Shown: piece after piece, positions 11,852 to 23,496 of the stretch
How positions within the stretch are numbered: position 1 is the first letter of the stretch
Layout: every line of letters starts with the position of its first letter
Assembly (NCBI GenBank): GCA_000004985.1
Contig: GG738861.1
Length of the DNA: 64,000 bases
Strand: one strand, 5' to 3'
Source: Naegleria gruberi
Lineage: Eukaryota
Notes under the pieces: generated by a model
Told to the model about the DNA's origin: nothing
The model's input: only the letters and a program-made list of their open reading frames with translations
The model's database searches: none
Program-made: the position numbers and the translations under genes

Positions 11852-14800
11852 TTAAAATAATTCAGAAGAAGAACCTTCAGTAATGTTGGTATGACACAGT
11901 GGACAATGTCTGTACTTGTAAATTTCATGCTCTACGGCTCTATGTTTACAGGTAGAACAAGTCCAGAAATCTTGATCTCCAATATTTCTACCACTCACAA
12001 TACAAGTATAGAATGGAGCATTGCAGGAGGCACATGACTGCTCGTAATCGAATGTTTCATTACTGCAGGTTGGACATGGTTTTGTTTCCAAATCTGTTGA
12101 GTTAACAGGGCTATCTCTGAAAATATCAATGGCCAATTGTTCATACTTTTCCTTATCGTGTTCTGATAAAGCATCCATTGATTCTAACTTGATGAAAGCT
12201 TTGGAGCAAACCTTGAATTCTCTAGCATAGAAACCTGCTAAAGCAAGGAGCGAGTACAATTCCTTTGGAACAAAGTATTCTTCATACGATGAAACCAGCC
12301 TCATTGTAGTATTCAAACAATCACTAAGTTTGAATTCGGTAAGTTGTTTTTGGGCAAGCAAGAAAAAGTGATAAGCCTCAGCTCCTCTCCATGGATTTTC
12401 AAAATTGGTAGAAGCATCATGAGAGAGCATGGTTTGAAGTGCCTTGTTTGGATTCATTCTTGTTGCTTGATCATTTAACAATCTGGCTCTATATCTATCA
12501 ATCTCCAAAGCTGAAAGAACATAGAATTTCTTTGCTCTCAGTGGATGTAATTTCATCTTTCCCTCTTCCTCACCAAGTTTGGCAAGAATCTTGGCTGACT
12601 CTGTATTTCTGTTAGCTTTTTGGTATAATTCGATTGCTGCTGTCATATCTCCTCTAGAAACTAGATGGTTGGCATACTTGTACAGAATATCTTCAATTTC
12701 ACTCATATTGTGCTTTTCAGCCAATGTAACAGCTTCATCCCATTGATTCAATTCAACACAAACGTCGATAGCTTGCTTGATCTTACCACCCTTGACGAGA
12801 GCTTGAATAGCTTGAGTACTCAAACCAACAGAAGCCAACTTTTCACCGATTGGATGTAAAAGTGGATTATTCTCTGGTAGGTCATCAACCATTCTTTCCA
12901 ATGACTCAAAGTCTCCAATCCTATAATAAGCTTCAATTAATTTTTCAAAGTTTCTTGCCTTAACATAAAATTGAATTGAACGTTCCCATTGTTGTCTCTC
13001 AGAATAGAAATCTCCCAAGTGATTAAACACATCAATCAACATTTCATCACTTCCATTCATTTCTCTGACAAGACTGAGAACTTTCTTCCAGTCCCCGTAT
13101 CTCTTTCTCAAATCGATGGCAAGATCCTTTCTATCGATGGAACGATAGATCTTTTCTGCTTCATCCAATCTGTGGAAGTATGCTTCTATTTCTGCCTTTT
13201 GCTTAGCTTCGTTATCCAATTGTTTGATTTGTTTTACAAAATATACACCATGGTAATCACCACATTGGATGTAAGCCTTGTAAGCCATATCCAATTCTAA
13301 TTCAGACATTGCTGCTTCTGCCAATAATCTCCACAATCTTGGGTGAGGATTATCTTTAACAAATTCGTTAGCATCCCTCAAGCTGACACTTCTGATAATT
13401 TCCTTTGTATCTCTCAACGAACGACTTTCATAAGTGATGGCACAGTCAGAATCTGGATTATCTGGATTTGCCATAATATCATCCATAAACACTGACTTAA
13501 TTTTAAGATTGTTGAAAGCACACATGTAAGCTGAGGTAACTACAGGTTCCTCAGGAGTTAAATCTCTGAATGTGTACATCTTGGTCTTTTCCATTATAGC
13601 AAATAATGATGGATTATCGTCAGCCCATCTCATATCCCAAACATCTTTCTTTTCCAAATCTGTTTTATCAGCCATGATATTACCCTTCTTTTTCTTCTTT
13701 TCGCTTTGTACCATTTGTTGGGCTGCAACAACAGAAGATAAACTGTAAACAGTGAAAGTACTGTTAATATCAATGAGTGACAATTTGGTGCAATCACAAT
13801 TGATAGCAATTTGGAGAGGTCTACACATGACAGAACATGATCCAAGATATGCCAAAGTTGGTAGAAGTGAATAAATATTCACAGTACCAGATTCTCTTGC
13901 AATAATAAGGAATTTCTCATTTGAAAATACAGCACAAATAGCGTCCTCGGTAGTAGTAAGTTCCAATTTTGTTTCATCTTCAATCTTTTTAAATTTGTTT
14001 TGATCAATGTGCATTAAATATTGTTCAGATTCTCCCTTAATATTCAATATGTTGCCTTGAGTATTTTGCTTTGCTCTATAATTCCAAACATAAACATTAC
14101 AATCAGAGCAAACAATTACGTGATACTTGGTCATGGTGACGAATTTTGGTTCAACAGATTGCGACTTTGTTTCCACTGGACTACCTATCGAGTTACAAAT
14201 AATTATGACGAATGCTTCCTTTGGTGTTTCTGTTTTGGTGAGCAAAACACAATTTTCTCCACAAGCACTCAAAGCTAATAATTTCTTAATGTACTTTACA
14301 TATTTTTGTCTAGTCTTGTGATTATAAAATACTACACATTGCTCTGGTCTTTCTAATTTGGTAAAGGCATATACTACAGTCTTTGAGAAATAGCCCCATC
14401 TATAACTTGGTCTGACATTGGCAAAGAAAATATTTGCATCTACACCTAGAGCCAATCTCAAACCAGATCCTTCCCAAGTTACACTCTTTACACCATTGCC
14501 AGGTACTTTGAGAGTCTTTAAATGTTTACCATAAGGGGAATAAAATTGAATGATACCCATTGGTTTTCCATCCAAGTCTTGTTGACCAGCAAGAGCTAAA
14601 ACAGTACCAGATGGATTCCATTTTGGTTCATTGATGAGCATACCAGCATCGATTAGGACTGGATCATCATCCAAGTCACCTCTCATCAATTGGCACCTTC
14701 CATTTCTATAACAAATTGCTAGTGTTGGAGCATTAAGATCTGGATAACCTTCTCTTCCATCATACCAGTCAACACCAGCCAAAATATTATTTGATTGAGG

Positions 14801-15520
14801 ATTCATATCTACACAAGTAATATTGATTGAATGCTAGAAGAGTAAGAAAATCTAGTGTAATTAAAATACTTACCAATTTGATTCCTGAATTGGCATCAAA
14901 TAACCAAACTTCTCCATTTCCAGTTCCGAAGAGCAAATATCTTGCATCGGGAGACCATTCAACATTAACCAATTGAGTTTTCAAACTCTTTCCCCAATTT
15001 CTATTTCCGTCCACTCCACCAACAATTACAGCACCTTTAAAAATTGTAAATATTTCAAAATCATTCGACAATTTCACTTACCATCATCGTAGACAATACA
15101 AATCTTTTGACCATCACTAGACCACTTTAAATCCTTCACCACTGATTTTTCTCTATTATTCAACATTTCCTCTTCCCATTCCTTCTTTTGCTTATTATAA
15201 TTCCAAACAATAATGAGACCACTAGCATCGCTAGAAGTTAATTTTTCATTTTCCTCATTCCAACTCACTCTCATTACATTGGATGGAAGCTGATCTTTAC
15301 TTTCCTTTCCGGAGTGGCCAGCAAGAGTTTGATTGAATTCTAAACTTGTTGGTGCTGTTACACCTCTTTGATTAATATCAGCCTTAGTTTCTAACTTTAA
15401 AACTTTTAATAAACCATTCTCACCTCCGCAAGCAATCCAACCATGATAGCCATTCCAAGATATGTGATTGAGCTTGAGCCCATTAGGTATGCTCACCTTC
15501 TTGTTCAAGTATACCCACAT
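11852..15520 (-). CDS. WDR35: WDR35 / IFT121 (IFT-A complex WD40-TPR protein). Exons 15520..15082, 15034..14874, 14833..11852, about 1193 aa
   Basis: N-terminus [44 protein letters not shown] matches human WDR35 ([44 protein letters not shown]) and is colinear after that (ICIVYDDG|[71 protein letters not shown]). C-terminal TPR region ends in a Cys-rich zinc-ribbon-like tail. Introns of 47 nt (GTAAGT...TTAAAG) and 40 nt (GTAAGT...TTCTAG). Phase totals close (3582 nt). Confidence 0.85.
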
Positions 15521-15664
15521 TGTATTTTAATATATACACAACTAGATAATAATAGTATCTTCTTGTACCCTTGAGTGATGATGTAGATTAGATGTTTTTA
15601 CTCCACCAGCCAAAAAAACAAGTGTCCTGTCGATACAATTTTTTTGTAGTTTTGTATGGTTACT

Positions 15665-15676
15665 ATTGGCGCCAAT
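15665..15676. promoter_or_regulatory. E2F-like element, perfect 12-bp palindrome ATTGGCGCCAAT, 148 nt upstream of the WDR35/IFT121 ATG
   Basis: GGCGCC core. Also reads as two inverted CCAAT boxes. Confidence 0.4.
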
Positions 15677-15854
15677 GTTGTGCACAAACAAAAAAAGCCA
15701 ATCCAATAGCACAATTCAATACAACCAATACTGCCTTTACTAAGATATTTAAAATGATTTTATAAAAATAATAATAGAACTGTTTCAATATTGTCATTTT
15801 ACCAGAATAATTTGGAATGTATTGAAATAAATAGGAATTTCTCAAATAATTTAT

Positions 15855-17642
15855 TTAAGGTCTACATCTACCCATGAAACGAGGATACAAGCAAGTTTGT
15901 CTGACAGTTCTAACTCTGTTATGTTCATTCTTCAACAACCATAACATGTATCTTTCAAGACCCAAACCATAACCACCGTGTGGGCATGTACCATATTTTC
16001 TTTGGTCACTGTACCAATAGTATGGTTCAGCGCTGATTCCTTCCTTCTTGTATCCATCCATCATCTTGTCATATGATTCCAAACGCATACTTCCACCAAT
16101 AACTTCACCAACACCTGGGAGCAAAACGTCGACAGATTCAGTCAAAGTTGGTTCATCTTCACATCTCTTCATGTAGAAGGCCTTCATGTCACCTGGGAAT
16201 TTAATCATCAAAACTGGTTCACCAATCTTTTCCAACATCTTTCTTTCTGGAGCATCAGTAATATCATCACCAAATTCGAACAATTCCTTAGTTTCTTCAT
16301 CTTTGTAAACTTCGTTATTTCTACAGAATTCAATACAATCAGCATAGGTCATTCTCTTGAATGGTCTCTTAAGCTTCACAGCATCAGGTGTAATAACCAA
16401 TTTATCAGCAGTTTCTTCACCGACAACAGCCAAATGTTGACTCTTTGACAAAACTCTTTCAGTAACATCACAAACCAAATCTTCCAAAGTATTCAATAAA
16501 TCTTCAAATGTAATGAATGGTCTTTCAGCTTCAACGTGAGTGAATTCACTCAAGTGACGTGGAGTGTCAGACTTTTCAGCACGATATGATTGAGCAATAC
16601 AGAAGCTGTCACCAAGAGCTGGAATAACAGTTTCCAAATACAATTGACTTGATTGAGTCAAATAAGCATCTTCTCCAAAGTAATCAAATTTGAAAAGAGT
16701 TGAACCACCTTCAACTTGAGTTTGAACCATAGTTGGAGGAGTAATTTCAGTATAACCACGTGAATAATAATGTTCACGGAAACATTGTAAAATAATTGAA
16801 CGCATCTTTAAAATAGCAGAGGTCTTTTCTCCTCTTAAAATCAAGTGTCTTTGATCGAGTAAAATGTTTGGATCCTTAACATCTTCACCGAAAGGAAGAC
16901 TTTCAGGTGATGATCCGACCAATTTCCAATAATCAGCAACAAGTTCAAAGCCCATTGGAGCTCTTGGATCAGCTTTAACTGTACCCTTGATTGTTACTGA
17001 TGATTCCAAGTGAAGAGTCAAAGCTTCATAAGTTTGACATAAAACACCGCTCAATACAGTTTGGAGGAAACCAGTACCATCTCTCAATGTGATGAAAAGC
17101 AAACCCTTTCCTTGAATTCTAAGTCTGTGGCACCAACCAGAGACTTGAACTCTCTTTCCTTCAAAATCTTTAACTTGATGAACTTTAATTCTGGTAGCTT
17201 CTGGGAGAGTTGTATCTTCTTCAAAGGAAATCTTCTTAGCTTCTTCAAGTTTTTGTTGTTGTTGTTTTTCCTTTTCGTTTGTCTTTTCGAGTTCCTTTTG
17301 CATCTTTTCAATTCTCTTGGAGAGTTTCTTGGTTTGTGATTTGGCCATTGGTCTGGTCTTTAAGAATGTACCAACAAGGTTACACAATTCAGCAGATTCA
17401 CCGCCTTGATCTAAACCGGCTTCTCTCAGAGAGTTTTCGTTAACTTCACCAGCGAAGGAAGTTTGTGTCTTTGCTTGTTCAATAATAGGAGTCAAGAGGG
17501 CTTCAATAACCTTTTCTTGTTCTTCGCTCCATTGTCCTAATGTTTCCTTTTCTTGTTCCAACTTTTTGTTGGCTTCAGTGAAGAAAGCAACCAACAATGA
17601 CTTTGGGAGAGCTTCTGACATTTTTTGAATTTTTTTCAACAA
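15855..17642 (-). CDS. NARS: Cytosolic asparaginyl-tRNA synthetase (class IIb), single exon, 595 aa with N-terminal extension
   Basis: C-terminal motif 3 and tail YGTCPHGGYGLGLERYMLWLL...RTVRQTCLYPRFMGRCRP matches the eukaryotic AsnRS tail as I recall it (PHGGYGLGLER...LYPRF..RC.P). About 170-aa Lys/Glu-rich N-terminal extension before the anticodon-binding OB fold (KRVQVSGWCHRLR). Real start may be the second Met (MSEAL) at 17621. Confidence 0.85.
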   Translation of the reverse strand: MLKKIQKMSEALPKSLLVAFFTEANKKLEQEKETLGQWSEEQEKVIEALLTPIIEQAKTQTSFAGEVNENSLREAGLDQGGESAELCNLVGTFLKTRPMAKSQTKKLSKRIEKMQKELEKTNEKEKQQQQKLEEAKKISFEEDTTLPEATRIKVHQVKDFEGKRVQVSGWCHRLRIQGKGLLFITLRDGTGFLQTVLSGVLCQTYEALTLHLESSVTIKGTVKADPRAPMGFELVADYWKLVGSSPESLPFGEDVKDPNILLDQRHLILRGEKTSAILKMRSIILQCFREHYYSRGYTEITPPTMVQTQVEGGSTLFKFDYFGEDAYLTQSSQLYLETVIPALGDSFCIAQSYRAEKSDTPRHLSEFTHVEAERPFITFEDLLNTLEDLVCDVTERVLSKSQHLAVVGEETADKLVITPDAVKLKRPFKRMTYADCIEFCRNNEVYKDEETKELFEFGDDITDAPERKMLEKIGEPVLMIKFPGDMKAFYMKRCEDEPTLTESVDVLLPGVGEVIGGSMRLESYDKMMDGYKKEGISAEPYYWYSDQRKYGTCPHGGYGLGLERYMLWLLKNEHNRVRTVRQTCLYPRFMGRCRP

Positions 17643-17909
17643 TTTAATTTTAATAATTAGATAATTGAATTTTGCTGATGATGATTATTTATAATAATAA
17701 ATAGGTTCGTTTTTAGGTGTGCATTAATGTGTTAGTAGTACAGAAATCCATCCATCTTCTTCTTAATAATAAACAAGTCTATAATTACATGATGTTTCTT
17801 TAGAGTTTATTAATTGATTGAACACATCCAATCAAATTAAATAATAATTATTAATAAAACCAATTCACATTAAAATCATTTAACAATAACAATTTTAAAA
17901 AAAATAACA

Positions 17910-18851
17910 ATGACATCCACTCTCTCAAAAGTTGCCACACAAACAGGCAACAAATTCCGAATGATTTTATTAAAGAATAAATCATTTCCAATTTTTGACA
18001 TGCTGAAAATTGAAGAAAGTATTATGAGATGTGACCCATGCAGAGAGAATGTCTATATTTTCACAAATGAAGGAAATGTTAACAAGAGCATTGTGGTTGG
18101 ATCGAGTGGAGATGTTGAAAAATTAGTCTACACAGACAATACACTCCGGGATGACATTCCAATTATTAAGAGATTTTCTGGAGGTGGAACAGTTTTGGTG
18201 GATAATAATACAGTTTTTGTTTCAATTGTTGGAAGTCATAAATTTCTGAAACACATGTCATTCGATCCAGTTTTGAGTGAAAAGATTAGTCAGAGAGAGA
18301 ATGATGATTCTCTTCAATATAAAGCCTATCCAGAGGAAATTATGAATTGGAGTTATGGATTCTACAAACCAGTTTTTTCTCATCCAGACTTGAATTTCCA
18401 ATTGAGAGAGAATGATTATATTTTCTTTGGAGGAAAAAAGTTTGGAGGAAATGCTCAATATATTACCGGAGGTAAATCTCAGAGATGGGTCCACCACACT
18501 TCATTCTTATGGGATATGAATAGTGAAAATATGGAAAAGTATCTGAAAATGCCACAGAAGAAACCTCAATACAGGTCCTCAAGATCTCACACTGATTTTC
18601 TCGTAACTCTCAGGGATAGTTTCTCCAAGTGTGACGGAACAGTTAGAGAACCTTCAGATTTTACCAACCTCGTACACAAGAGAGTGTTGGATCTTACCAC
18701 TAATGAATGGAAGGAAAATATTGATGAAGTTATTCAATTGGAATCATTCAACGATGTTGCTCATTTTGTAAAGGAAAATACAATGGTTAGAACTCAACTT
18801 GTGGATAAGGAAGAAATTTTGAAAATAATAGAAAGGAACAGAAACAATTAA
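17910..18851 (+). CDS. Lipoate-protein ligase / lipoyltransferase-like (BPL_LplA_LipB catalytic domain), 313 aa
   Basis: RFSGGGTVLVDNNTVFVSIV resembles the LplA R-x-SGGG-AV-xHD motif. FGGKKFGGNAQYITGGKSQRWVHHTSFL resembles the lipoyl-AMP-binding lysine block (K-x-xG-xAQ...HHG). Assignment is from memory of the family, not a search. Confidence 0.5.
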   Translation: MTSTLSKVATQTGNKFRMILLKNKSFPIFDMLKIEESIMRCDPCRENVYIFTNEGNVNKSIVVGSSGDVEKLVYTDNTLRDDIPIIKRFSGGGTVLVDNNTVFVSIVGSHKFLKHMSFDPVLSEKISQRENDDSLQYKAYPEEIMNWSYGFYKPVFSHPDLNFQLRENDYIFFGGKKFGGNAQYITGGKSQRWVHHTSFLWDMNSENMEKYLKMPQKKPQYRSSRSHTDFLVTLRDSFSKCDGTVREPSDFTNLVHKRVLDLTTNEWKENIDEVIQLESFNDVAHFVKENTMVRTQLVDKEEILKIIERNRNN

Positions 18852-19183
18852 GAATGTAATGGATTCGAATTGGTGTTTACTTTCCTTTGAAAAACACTGT
18901 ACAAGTAACTTGGACCTTAATAGGTTTCAATGTTGACAACATAAATAATGTTCTGTGCTAACCAACTTTTCAATTCCTTAAAAGGACTTGTTCATTCCTT
19001 CAAAAGTGCCAAGATTCATTGAAGGCAACTATTTGTAAGAGTGTCAACTGTATTGAGGGAGATATGAGAGAAGTGTTTTATAATTAGAAAACTTAGGTTG
19101 ATTTCTTTTCATTAAATTCAACTCAGTAAAAGAAAACAACAATCACAGCACTAACCTCAAGGAGTTAGTTTCCATAATTTATT

Positions 19184-19198
19184 TTTAGGCGCCAAAAA
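19184..19198. promoter_or_regulatory. E2F-like element TTTAGGCGCCAAAAA, about 585 nt upstream of the LKB1 ATG
   Basis: GGCGCC core in the 0.9-kb intergenic region between the lipoate-ligase-like gene and LKB1. A 14-bp palindrome AAGCAACGTTGCTT follows at 19251..19264. Confidence 0.3.
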
Positions 19199-19772
19199 TT
19201 ACAACACAGAACACCAAATTATTGAAAAAAATTGAAACCAACTCTCGTTGAAGCAACGTTGCTTTTCATACAATTTCTATCAGATTGTGCAGAAGAAGAA
19301 TATAATTTTTTTGAGTATTGTAAAGCAAAATAAGGAAGACAATACGTTTGGAAGCACACCTATTTTAAAGGATAAATTACCAAAAATATTCAACAAGACA
19401 CAAAAAGCGTTTGTGCACAAAGCCTTTGATTACCTCATCGTAATACTCAACTCAAATTTCAAAGTTATTTTATTTTACCTAATTTTCAAAAAACACCACA
19501 GTATTATTATTGCAATCATTTAACAAACTATTTGGAAACGTATTATTAATTGGATTCACTAATAGCTATCCAGTGTTCATATTAATATTTCATCTATTTA
19601 TTACACTCCGAGTTGATAACATCCATCACACCGATAAAAAATTGTACAACACCTCTTTCCTGCATTACGCACTGTGTTGGAAAACTTGATTTAAAAAGGA
19701 AACCATCAATATTCTACTCAGTATTATTACAATCTTGAGTTTCCTCTCTGACACAAACTCTCACCATTTAAT

Positions 19773-21874
19773 ATGATATCTGGCGTGAATAGCAGAAAAT
19801 CATCATCATCAACTGGTATCACACTACCTTCTTTTTCATCATCACCAAACCATCCAATGTCCTCTCTTTCGAATCCAAGCTCATCACCGATGACTTCCCC
19901 TCTCCATAATGCTCACCACCAACAACCATCTTTTTTGAGCCATTCTTCCCAACCAACTTATACGGCACCAACAACTATGAATACCAATGTAGCCATGATG
20001 GGAAGGACTCTTAGCAATACGAGCATTGCCAGCGATGATCTGAATGAAATAACGTATGGCCAAAAACAAAAACCACACAAACAAGTTAAACAATATATAC
20101 TCGGCGAAGTTCTTGGAGAAGGTAAGTTTTATTAATAGGAAAATAATGGAAAATTAACATGCTCTATTAAATCTTTATGATTAACATTATCAATTCTACT
20201 ACTATTTGATTCTACTACCAATAATATAACAATGTAAAAACAATGATAATATTTATGTGGATATTGTGGAAAATAGGAGCTTTTGGTAAGGTTCGGGAAG
20301 CCATTGATTCTAACTCACTGAAGAGAGTTGCCATCAAGATTATAAAACGAGACAAGCTCAAACGTATCAAGAATGGTGAAACACTTCTCAAGAATGAAAT
20401 TAACATTATGAGAAAATTAAAGTCTCACAAGAATATTATCAAACTTATCGAGGTCATACATGTGGAAGGAGGAGCTGCATCAGGACATTCATCTGTATCA
20501 TCAGTTAGTGGTGCTGGTAGAATGAGCATTTCTAACATATTTGTAAATCAGTCAGCATCAAGTACCGAGAAGGTACCAACAAATTCTCAGACACAACCAA
20601 ATGGAGCAAACACTTCTTTTAATTCAAAGAAAGCCAGAACGTATATGGTTATCGAATTTGCTGGTGCAGGAAGCTTGCAACAGTTAATGAATTCACAACC
20701 AAATAATCGTTTACCTGTAAATGAAGTTTGGCACTATTTTAGACAATTAATTGATGGATTAGAATATATGCACAGTCTGGGAATAATTCACAGAGATATC
20801 AAACCAGCTAATTTGATGATTACTCCAGATAGAGTTCTTAAAATTAGTGATTTTGGTACAGCAATTGAACTCGACCACTTCTCTCCAAGTGACGAATGTA
20901 CACAAAGCTTTGGTACACCTCATTTTCAATCGCCACAAATTGCTACAGGTTTGAAACAATTTTCAGGTTACAAGTTGGATATTTGGGCTTGTGGTGTTTC
21001 CTTATATGTATTGATTGTTGGAAAACAACCATTCCATGATGATGGTAATATTATGAATTTGTATGAACAAATTGCCTTAGGAAAATATGAAATACCTGAT
21101 TGGGTTGAAAACGATCTTAAGGTTCTCATTAAGGGAATGATGACAGTTGATGAAGATCAAAGATGGACTATTGAGGCCATTAAATCCAGTGAATGGTTTA
21201 ATACAACAAGATATAGTGATACAATGACTGATAGAAATTCTATCGACTCTCACCAATCGATTGGTCGTGAATCAACTAATTCTGCCAAGCTTTCTTCGGC
21301 CAACATTTCACGAACCAATTCTAGGGTTGGTGCAGCCAAGAAGATTCTTGTCGATAGATGGAAGAGTTTTACCTTACTTCCCTATTTGGCCAAAGCAGTT
21401 AATACTGAAGCTAGTGCCATGACTCCAACAACCACCCAACAACAACCTCTCTCAGCTAGAAGTACAACAAGTGTTAGTTCTGGAAATCTTGATCAATTGG
21501 AAAGAAAATCCATCGGACAAGTACCTCCACAACCAAGTACAACACCTCACAAGAGTCTCAATCTTAGTGATTATGCTACTCTTCAACAAGGAGGAGCAAA
21601 TATTGATTCAATGAGTATTGATGGAAGTAATGACAGTTTTGATCATCACAATACAAAGGATGGTATGTCTGACGATGGAAATGCAACTCCAAATGCTGAG
21701 AATGCTGATGACATTATGACCTTAAAGCTTACAACTCCAGCTGCCTCTAAAGGAACGTCAAAGGGATCAAAATCTTCAAAACGAAAGTTAAATGTTACCT
21801 CTTCTAATGCAAACAATACTGCTACAGAGAGTCAGAGCCAGGGAGAACAAGATAAAAAGTGCACCATCATGTAA
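19773..21874 (+). CDS. STK11: LKB1/STK11 serine/threonine kinase orthologue. Exons 19773..20121 and 20277..21874, about 648 aa
   Basis: Kinase core YILGEVLGEG|AFGKVREAIDSNSLKRVAIKII..LKRIKNGETLLKNEINIMRKL matches LKB1 ([42 protein letters not shown]). HRDIKPANLMIT, FGTPHFQSPQIATGL, KLDIWACGVSLY and a C-terminal SEWF also match. The 155-nt phase-1 intron (GTAAGT at 20122, AATAG acceptor ending 20276) restores the Gly-rich loop. Ser-rich N-terminal and C-terminal extensions. Confidence 0.8.
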
Positions 21875-22246
21875 AATAATTTATAATCTGGTGGAAAGTT
21901 ACACTTGGAGCTTAATGCTCTCATTTTTGAAAATGGCAGTCATTTCATTTTCTTTTGAATCAACAATGGATGCAAGTTTAAAGAATAAATGGATTGAACA
22001 AGCAATAAACTCAATACTGTAAAACCTTGTACGTAAGAAACAAGCGAGGGTAAATAAGTTATAAACGAACCAAATTACCAACCATACGCAGATAACTGAT
22101 TCACAAAGGCACTCAAATATTGATTTAATTTCATATAAGTTAGAGTGGAAACACCAAATTGAACTGGAATTTCACTTTCAATACCCATAAAATATCATCT
22201 TGAAATCAGCCTCTACTTCATTTTTATAAACTGTAATAACATCATC

Positions 22247-22441
22247 TCATAACTGTTCCCACCATTTGCTGTTGGAGCTATAATTGTCTAAGTAGAAAAG
22301 TTCAAAAACGGTTGAAGCAATCTCTTCATATTTTTCCCATCTGCCTGTATGAGCATTGATTTGAAAATTAATCATCTTTTGGTTCTCAGTAAAGTTCACT
22401 AAAAAACCATCAACATGTTGCTCATTTGGAAAGCACATCAT
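22247..22441 (-). CDS. Small hypothetical CDS. Probably the 3' exon of an unresolved short gene at about 22247..22664
   Basis: The reading frame stays open upstream of Met 22441 (…YSIVVFKKHYFISVNFDKNTKSKAIDGIMMCFPNEQHVDGF…) to a stop near 22549. A GTATGA donor near 22581 with a TATTAG acceptor near 22545 would join it in phase to the 22473..22664 frame, but that frame has no ATG, so the model is unresolved. Fold could be SNARE-like or longin-like. No secure homology. Confidence 0.2.
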   Translation of the reverse strand: MMCFPNEQHVDGFLVNFTENQKMINFQINAHTGRWEKYEEIASTVFELFYLDNYSSNSKWWEQL

Positions 22442-23496
22442 TATTCCATCAATAGCTTTGGATTTTGTGTTCTTATCGAAGTTTACTGAGATAAAGTAGT
22501 GTTTCTTGAAAACAACAATTGAATAAACTAATAATAGAAAGTATGCTCAAAAAAATTGTCATACTATGGTCCCACCCTTGCCCACCCTCTATTATTATTA
22601 GTTTATTCAAATCAAAGGTTCTAACCTTTGTCCTTAATACTTTGGAATGTGATTTTTTAACCAATCCTCAAATATTTTCTCAATTGATTGAAAGATTTCA
22701 CTTTATTTGTATTATTGAAAGATGATTGTTATCATCTTTTTATCTTTGTATTATTATTTGATATTTGACATCATTTATTGATGTTTTTTATCATGATTGG
22801 TGATCTAAAACCAATTGTTGGTGATCTAAAACCGACAGATCAACTTTATGTTGATTAGAAGGTATCTGATACCTTTCCCTTACTATTAGTAAGGCAATAT
22901 GTACTGAACATACCTCTTTTCTCATTCTCGTTTTGATTCGTAAGTGTCAAGACGGTTGAGTAGGTTTTTTAATTCTTAACTTTTTGGTTTTTACCGATTT
23001 TTTTTTTTTTCCTACAAGAGTAGGTTTTTTTATATGGGAGTTGTTTCTCCAAAAAACAACTTGGTTTATTGTCAGATTGCTTTAATTTAGTTTAGTTTTT
23101 GCTTTTTGTTAAGAAATCATAGTATGATTGTATTGATTAGTTTATTTAATTTCTGGACCTGCTGAATAAAGCTTAATGCCTAAAAACAGCAGTAACCAGG
23201 CTACAAACTACCTAAGAATAGGTAGAAGTTGTAGTGTGAGCTTTATATCCATTAGTTTATTTATTGTTGGTTTTTTTTTAAGAAACATAAATAATGTTCC
23301 CAATAAAGTTTGCTAGGAGATGAGTATTGTGTTTTTAGACACATCCAAGCAGTAAAGTTTGTACCTACAGTATAAGTGTTTCAATAGTAAACACACAAAA
23401 TAAAGTTCAAATAATATTTAGACAATTGAATATTAAAACTCAGAAACCACCTTAATAATGAAACAACCTGGAATCTGCTTTGAAGGATATAAATCT

